A stretch of DNA of 64,000 nucleotides from the NCBI RefSeq assembly GCF_009914755.1, contig NC_060931.1. One strand, given 5' to 3'. The notes beneath the pieces are model-generated. The model did not search any database and had not been told where the DNA came from. It saw only the letters and a program-made list of their open reading frames with translations. Below, piece by piece: positions 56,034-64,000 of the stretch (its first letter is position 1; every line of letters starts with the position of its first letter). The position numbers were made by a program, and so were the translations under genes. Source of the stretch: the human T2T-CHM13v2.0 reference genome, Homo sapiens.

Positions 56034-56456
56034 TGTGGGAGACCCTGGCACCCAGTACCTCAGAATGTGTCCTTAATTGGAAATAGCATCTTTATAGAGG
56101 TAATCAAGTTAAAATGAGTTAATTAGGTGGGCCCTAATCCAGGAGGACTTGTCTTTTTATATACAGGGAAAATTTAGACACGGAGATAGACATGCACACA
56201 GCGAGAATGGCACATGAAGACGAAGGCAGAGATCTCAGTGATGCATCTTCAAGCAAAGGAACACCAAAGCTGCAAACCACCAGTATTTAGGTGGGGGGCA
56301 TGGAACTGAGTCTCCCTCATAGCCCTCAAAAGGAACTAACCCTGCTGCCATCTTGATGTCAGGCTTCCAGCTTTCAGGACTGTAAGATAAATTTCTGTTG
56401 TTCTAAGCCACCTAGCTCTGGGTACTTTGTTACAGCAGCCCCAGGAAATTAATACA
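56034..56456 (+). mobile_element. MLT1B/C (MaLR) solo LTR
   Basis: TG...CA termini, 5-bp TSD catgg/catgc, 'gtaatcaagttaaaatgag..gggccctaatcc' and 'gtactttgttacagcagcccc'. Confidence 0.85.
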
Positions 56457-57909
56457 CATGCCATACATTTTTCTTGTTATTCCTAAAATGTATTATATTT
56501 TTCTATAATTTTGTGTTTTTACAGATGTTGTCCTTCTACATAATATTCTATCTACAACCTCCTCCATTGCAAAATTTTATTCATTACAGATTTGCTTCAA
56601 GCTTTATTTCTTCTATGAAGCTTCCCTTGACCCATAGCGGTTCTCAGTGCAAACACTTCTCTCTAAAACCTTCAAAATTTGTGGCAATGGCTGTTCAGTT
56701 ACATGACTCCCTCCAAGTAAAACCATCACCTTGAGAACACAAGCTCACTTCTTACTTATCTTTATATCCCCAATCTCTGCCACCATGACTGGCCCTGCTA
56801 GTCAAAAGTATATGTGGAAAAAAATGGGTGATGCACTATCATAATAAGAACAATGACACATAAAGGAGGTTAAATTTTTAGCCACTTGTACATTTTAAAT
56901 ATGTGGCAATAAGACAATGCAACTTTAGAGAGAACTCAATTTGCTTCCTCTTGTTTATCCTTCTTTAGAACTATAAATGACTATCAAATCTCTGTAAAGA
57001 AAAACACTGAAAATCAGAGAATAATTTTATTTTTTACCAAATTTCAAAATGACTTTGAATATTTCTGTAAGCTACAGAATAATTAATTCCATTTTCCTGA
57101 CGCATGCTAGCATTAGTCTTTGATACTAGCAATGATTCAAACTATCCAAGAGCCTCATTTCTTTAATGGACACAAACTTTGTCTTATTAGTCATCTTTAA
57201 GTGCTGGTTGAGGGTGAAGAAGGAATGCCTTGGAGTTCCGAGGCAAAGTTCTGAGAAAAGTTTTGTTTCTTTACTTCATGGGGGCTTAATGCATGCTTTC
57301 CTTTTGTGACAAAGAGTTATGAGAATTTATCCCCAGTGCATTCAAATGCATTACATCAAAGTTGTTAGTTTCTTGTATCTTTATTTGTTCACATTTGTCT
57401 TTATATAAGTCCAACACCCACATATTGAAAAACAGTCTTTGCTTATGTAGTTTGGCAGGGAGTACAATGTAATAAAAAGATCTGAGATTTCACTAAGGTT
57501 TCTCTGCAGTCTCATATGTAATATAAAAATAATATCACACATAAGAATCATACTTGATATGTTTCAGAGAATTTCCACACTCATAAATTAAAGTGATCTT
57601 CAAAATAACCACATGAGAAGGCAGAGTAAATATTAAGAGGTCTATTTCATATGCAAAATCACTGAGACTCAAACATTAATTGATCGGTTCAAATTAGCAA
57701 AGTGAGTAAACAACTAAGCTAGCGTGGGACTCAGTTTTCTTTATTTCTAGTCAATTGCTATTTACTGTTTCCTAAATATAAATGAATATATTTTTAAATT
57801 ATTATGCTCAAATATAATAAGATCATCATTGATTTACATATTCTCTATATGATAATGTAATAATGTTATTAATGAGATTTTCATAATTTGATGTTATAAT
57901 TGTATTTCT

Positions 57910-58230
57910 TTTCTTTTTGTTTATTTTATTTTTTTTTTTTTGAGAAAGAGGGTCTTGCTCTGTCACCCAGGCTGGAGTGCAGTGGAGCCACCACGAATAA
58001 CTGTAGCCTCAACCTCCAGGGACCAAGTGATCCTCACATCTCACTCAGCCTCCTGAGTAGCTGGGACTACAGGCGTGCACCACCACACCCGACTAATTTA
58101 TTTTATTTTTTGTAGAGACAGCATCTTGTGATATTGCTTCGGCTAGTCTTGAACTCCTGGGCTCAAGCAATCTGCCTGCCTCAGCCTCCCAAAGTACTGG
58201 GATTACAGGCATGAGCCATCACACCCAGCC
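57910..58230 (-). mobile_element. AluJ-type SINE
   Basis: AluJ diagnostics (agggtcttgc, ctcctgggctcaagc). Confidence 0.93.
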
Positions 58231-58884
58231 CATTTGTATTTATTTTTTCTGATGGTGGGTAAAATTTACCTTTTTTAGGGTTGCTAATATGTTATAAACA
58301 TACTGTGCTAAATCTTATAAAATTAATTTCAATATCAACCTAGAGAACATAGCAATTTTAAAGGTGGAAAGACATGACAGAGCTAAAAAATTCACTCACT
58401 CTAGTAATTTCAATTAAGTTCATTTGTCATTAATTTATTATGCTTTTGAGAGAAATACTAAACTCTTTGAAAGCAGTTAGCTCACTATTTTCTGTTCAAT
58501 ACTAGCTTTATAGATAAAACAAATATGTTCAAATATATTTTATTGCAAAAGGTAAACAAATTATATATCCTATACTGTAATTTTTGGAGTGTCTATTAAA
58601 TAAAAATATTTAAATGAATAACAGATGTAAATTATTTCACACATTGTACCTTTTATTAGTTTCACATTGGCCTGACTCTAGTTAATTTAGCAAAAATATT
58701 TCCATTGCCAAATTTATTTTGACAACTATAATACTTTTTATTTCATTCATTTATGTAACATACATTTATTAACCACTAATTCTGTAGTAGACACTTACAT
58801 ATACTAGGTATACAGCAGTGAAAAATAGACTAATTTCTTTGAAAGTTTATAGGCCAACATAAATAACAATAATGAAAAGCGTTA

Positions 58885-59246
<362 letters not shown>

Positions 59247-59769
59247 TTTTTTTTTTGGAAGGATAGAACAATCAGAGGTAAAGGGAAAATAATTTTCCAG
59301 GCAGAGGTAATGGCATGTGCAAAGAAATAGCAATGCATTATGGCATGGTAGATTGAGAGAAGTGAAAATCGTTAAATTGGAGATGGGATGAAAATGGGGT
59401 GTGTGGAAGATGAAACTGGAGAGACGAAACCAAGTTTTGACTAGCTCTGCATGTGATAAGGAGTCTATTATATTCCTTTCTCTAAACTATAGGCAGAGTT
59501 AGCTTCATTCGAATGGTGGTCTGAAAAGGAAACAGTGGGTGATGGGTTGAGGGATAAAGAATGAAAAAATGAAGAGTTTCTTTAGGATAATATCCAGTTA
59601 AAAGTAATATTGGCTGATATATTTGTTGCTCTTTATAATACTCTAGGATTCCCAGGAAACAATGTCTACTGTTGATGGCTCATTCTAATATTTTTTCTAT
59701 AGTAGATACATAATGTATAGTGGCTCTGAGTATAAGCACGTACACATGCACGTGTAGCTGTGTTTTTTA

Positions 59770-60030
59770 ATAAACTATTTATTTTATAATAGTTTAATAT
59801 CTTCAGAAGTGTTGCAATAATAACTCAAAGTGTCGTCCTGTATCCTTTACTTGCTTTCCCCTATTGCTAACACATTGTTATGCTGTATTTGCCACAACTA
59901 AGAAACCCACAGGTACATTAGTATTAATCGAATTCCACACTTTATTTAGATTTCACTAGTTGGGATTTTGTATGTTTAATCCCTAATGTTCTTTTTCTGT
60001 TTTAGAGTTCCATCCAGATGAAGAATTTCT
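59770..60030 (-). mobile_element. L1MC-like 3' end fragment
   Basis: 'tttcccctattgctaacac...ccacactttatttagatttcactagt'. Confidence 0.55.
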
Positions 60031-60470
60031 TTTTCACGCACTTTAGTGCCTTTGCTCTGAATATAAAATTTCAGCATTCAAGTACTTTATCTATAATGTC
60101 AGAAAAAATGAAGTTATAATCCTGATACTGTAATATTTTATATGACATCCATGAATTTAAACACATTTTATTATTATCATTATTTTATTATTAGCAAATT
60201 GGATATTATTCTTAAGACATGATAGTAGGATGTATAATCAAAGATTGAAGTGGCATGCAAAACCATATATTGCAGTGTATATGCAGTAAAGAAGTCTCAC
60301 TTAAAATGGCACTCTATCAATAGCCCTCCTTGTTGGTGAGTAATATTAAGCTTAAAATTGGCTTAAAATGCAAATAATATGGTTAGAAATTCTAGAAAGT
60401 TGAATTCTTATGTGTAACTTCTTCAAAAGTTGTGCTGTTCTAATTTTCATAGTAATATAGAAGAAATATA

Positions 60471-60545
60471 CTTAATTTCACATTTCAATGTGAAATGAGC
60501 TTAATTTCACATTTCAATGTGAAATGAGCTTAATTTCACATTTCA
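60471..60545. repeat. 29-bp tandem repeat (2.6 copies) with internal palindrome
   Basis: cttaatttcacatttcaatgtgaaatgag at 60471 and 60500, partial copy at 60529. Confidence 0.9.
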
Positions 60546-61699
60546 TTTCACAGATCAATTTTCTTTTCAAAGATGCGGCCCATTTATTATTTGTCCTAAA
60601 ATACATTGTTACCTTGGTAACTGCTAAATTATCGGCCTCATGTAACAATGTTGGTGAGAAAAATCTTGACAAATGACTCAACAAAAATGAAGAGACCTGA
60701 AGTGTGCCCTATAATTTTGATGTCTAGGAAGTCCTCTTAGAAGTCTTTAACCATCACAGGCCCTTAAAACATCTCTCCTATCTTCCAAGGGACCTAGAAA
60801 TGCTAGGTAAGAATCCAGGCTGACTTACAATCCCTATATCTCATTTCCCACCATGCAAGTTCCCGCATTCCCCTTCCAAAAATATTTAGCAGCTTGTCAT
60901 GCATTCTCAATGTTCGTTGCCTTATTCAGCACATTCCCTAACAACATGGCATGAGTTTGTAAAGATAAATTATTCTGGCAATAAAACAAGTGTGAGTCTC
61001 ATTTTACATAGATTTTTGCTGCTTTGTTACTTTGTATGCATTGACTTAATAAAGAAAAGGACACAAGAGAAACCAAGACAGAGATTACAATAAACTGGAC
61101 TCAAGCTCCAACTTGGCATTGCTCAATACTGATGTTGTGGGCTTCTTTAAGATTCATATTTATAGCTTTGAAAATAGATGACTTAAATATATCATCTCCA
61201 AGATTTCTTCTAGTTCTGAAGTCAATGTTGCTCTGATAATTTTTCCCTTTGATAATTCCTCAGGTAATTAATTAACTGCATTGATTTCCCCACAGCAACT
61301 TCAAATGCAGCTACTTCCTTTCTTGGAGGCTTTCTCTCTGAAAATGCAACTACTGGAGATTTCAGTTGTCTTTAATAAAAGAGAAATATATAAGTCAGAA
61401 GAGAGTAAAGATTTTGGAGACCAGCCATATATCCAGCCTATATATTCAGCCTTTTGAAAAGGCTGTATTAATGCAGCAATTTTTTAAGAAGGGAGGATGA
61501 ACAGTACCGATTTCCTCCATCACGTGCCCTGTTTTCCCCCCATTAACTGCTCTGAAGCCTTAATCCAGTCTTGAACTATACAGTTGTAAAATAGGCAGTG
61601 ATTTTTGTTTGTACTTAATCATCCAGAGTTCCAGCATAAGCTATAGGTTATGAATATATACATATTTCCTTTCCACATATATTGCTTAGAAGTGTTTCT

Positions 61700-62139
61700 T
61701 CAATAGTGCCTTCCCTACCCAAATTCACATGTTGAAATCTGAGCCCTAATACCCACTAAATGTGACCTTATTTGGAAATAGGGTTGTTGTAGAAATAATT
61801 AGTTAAGATTATTAACTTAACTAATGGTCATGCTGGAGTATGGCAAGTCCCTAAACCAATATGCCTGGTATCCTCCTAAAAAGGACATGTGGACAAAGAA
61901 ACAGGAAGAACGCCATGTGAAAATAAGAATTACGTTGTCACAAGCCCAGAAAGAACCAAAAACTAAGAGAGAGAACCAGAAAAGATCCTTTCCTAGTGTC
62001 TTTATAGGAGCATTGCCCTGGCAGTACCTTGATTTTGACTTGACTTGTGGCCTCCAGACCAGTGAGATAATAAATTTCTGTTTTTTTAAGCTACACAGTT
62101 AGTAGTATCTTCTTATGGCAGCTCTAGAAAAAGAATACA
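61700..62139 (+). mobile_element. MLT1A/B-like MaLR LTR
   Basis: 'cccaaattcacatgttgaaatc...tgtgaccttatttggaaataggg...ttatggcagctctagaaaaagaataca'. Confidence 0.8.
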
Positions 62140-62299
62140 AGCGTCATCACAGGTGTATGGTGTGGGAGTTTGAGGGTGAATTCCTGTTAAGATCCATTCC
62201 AGGAAATGTATTAGTAACATCCCTGGCTTATAGATTTGTTTTGCCTATGCTGCTGTTTGGGTTAGCACACATGCCAGTGTATTTTTCTAAGGCTTATAA

Positions 62300-62700
62300 A
62301 ACATCTGGTTTCAAGTACTTGGCTTTATCATTTACTAGCTGTGTAATTAACCTCACTGATCTTCAGTTCCCTGAGAATGATAATACTTGATCTAGAGAAC
62401 CATAGGCTTATTTATGATGATCAGAAAAGATAACATAAGTGAAAAACAATATGGAGGCATGTAGAAGAGCATTTAGAATGCAGAGATTAAGATCAGGGGT
62501 CCTGGAACAAGACTGCAGGAGTTCAAGTTCTACTTTTTCCTTTATTAGTGGTGTGACTGAACTATAGACTCAGCTCTACTATTTTAAAATAAGAGCAATA
62601 ATAATTTCTGTGTATGAAGGCTGTTGTGAAGATGAAGTAAGTCAATATATAAGGAGATTTTAGAAGAGTGGCACATAGTACGTACTTATTAAATGGTATC
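62300..62700 (+). mobile_element. Two adjacent MIR fragments
   Basis: 'tttactagctgtgt..cttcagttccc' and 'ttattagtggtgtgac...gttgtgaagatgaagt...ggcacatagta'. Confidence 0.65.
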
Positions 62701-63536
62701 TAACAAAAGTACCTTGCAAAGTATTTTGAACCACGGAAATGTTTGACCATTATAATTTATAGTTAATAAATAGCTTATTGATTTTACACACCAATATTAA
62801 GTATATATGATTACTGATTTTACGCATCAGTTACTCTGACTTTCTAGCTCACTGTTCAACATACATTTCAGTATCATGTATTTTCATAACCAAGAAGAGC
62901 TAAGCAAGGAAGATGACAGAAAAAGGGATATTATCAAGTAGATCAGGATTTCCCCATGAGTCAAAAGAACTCTACAAGTAGAGGCTATTTCTGGTATTCA
63001 TTAATCTTGTAATTTCCTTGTGTGAGAATATTTTAGAGCCAAAAATTTTTGGATCATGATATTGATCTATTATGATAACAAAAAGCAAAGCATTCAACTA
63101 GATTTTAGAGAATTAGTTGTTTTTTTTTAAAAAAAAACAACAACTGGTTTTTTTTAAAAAAAAAAAAAACAACTGGTAAAAGTTTTTACTGAAATCCTTG
63201 TCACATATATTTAAATGGAGATACCTTATCTATACATCACCCTCCTGGGTTACAGTAAATTAAAAAGTAGCCATTCACTTTCTCACATTGTCGTATACTT
63301 TGAGTTTCTGGGTCAAATAAAATGCTTCTATTGAAAAACAGCATTTGCTTCATGTGTGTCTGGCCTTACAGAAGGAAAAGAAAGATTTTAGCATCTGGCT
63401 TTAGAAAGAAGAGAGAAGCATTTTAGTAAAACACCTTCTATTAGTTTTTTTTTTTTTTTTTTTTTGAGGAAATAGAAATAGCTGAGACTTAAAAACAAAT
63501 TAGATTACCATGTTTATTCCATTTCATACAACTTAC

Positions 63537-63640
63537 CCAGGAAGTATATATCTGGAGGACAGACTGTCTCAGTGCTGTGGATAAGTTATAGTCTTCAGAA
63601 CTATGATGTGTTTGGTGTCCGGCCCACATAATATTAACTT
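63537..63640 (-). CDS. AGMO: AGMO internal coding exon (likely exon 4): (E)[34 protein letters not shown]
   Basis: Minus strand reads ttttgcag|AAGTTAAT...TCCTGG|gtaagt. 104 nt, phase 1 to 0. Contains the HxxHH fatty-acid-hydroxylase box and matches human AGMO as recalled. Confidence 0.97.
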
Positions 63641-64000
63641 CTGCAAAACACATAATTTGCAATGAGCCATGAGAATAAGAACAAAGCAACTTCCATTTTC
63701 AGTTATGCATGCTGCTCTGTTGAGTGAGGAAGAAAAATCTGGAACATCTCTGTAAAAGCTGGCCAATATAATTATAATTAAAATATGCTGCCTGAAATAA
63801 TTTTTGGAACCAAAGACTGTATACATTGTAAATAAATAAAAATGAAAGCATAGCCAATAAATATGTATAGTTTATATGTTATAATTAAATGCCTCCAACA
63901 AACTGACATTAATTCCAAAAGTTATACTTTGCTAACATATTATAATATGACAGATTATAAAAGCTAGCTGGTAATGTTGTGACAATACATTCAACGGATA

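Overview
AT-rich primate genomic DNA, human or a very close great ape. It covers the middle of AGMO (alkylglycerol monooxygenase, TMEM195) on the minus strand. Seven coding exons with GT-AG boundaries (63537-63640, 51055-51150, 26621-26687, 23354-23419, 23185-23264, 19913-20047, 17950-18066; 665 nt) splice into one open frame. The translation matches human AGMO residues ~137-358, including the HQTHH and HHRVHH iron-binding boxes. Exon numbers 4-10 and residue numbers are from memory of the gene model. The rest is intron filled with interspersed repeats: about 14 Alu copies or fragments, two 5'-inverted L1PA elements, old L1M/L2/MIR, MaLR LTRs, MER20/MER5/MER47/MER85 DNA-transposon relics and a solo LTR12 (ERV9) in the gene's sense orientation. 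Nearly all ORF-track entries are repeat or AT-rich artefacts. I do not see a supportable new biological system. The most unusual features are: (i) a young 70-bp inverted templated insertion with two fold-back micro-inversions inside an L1; (ii) the CpG-rich, CCAAT-expanded sense LTR12 about 2 kb upstream of exon 6; (iii) a composite 4-copy tandem array of a 75-bp unique unit with microsatellite-derived spacers; (iv) a MER85 with an intact CSB-PGBD3 palindrome; (v) an abutting inverted Alu junction. Repeat subfamily calls and boundaries are by eye and approximate.
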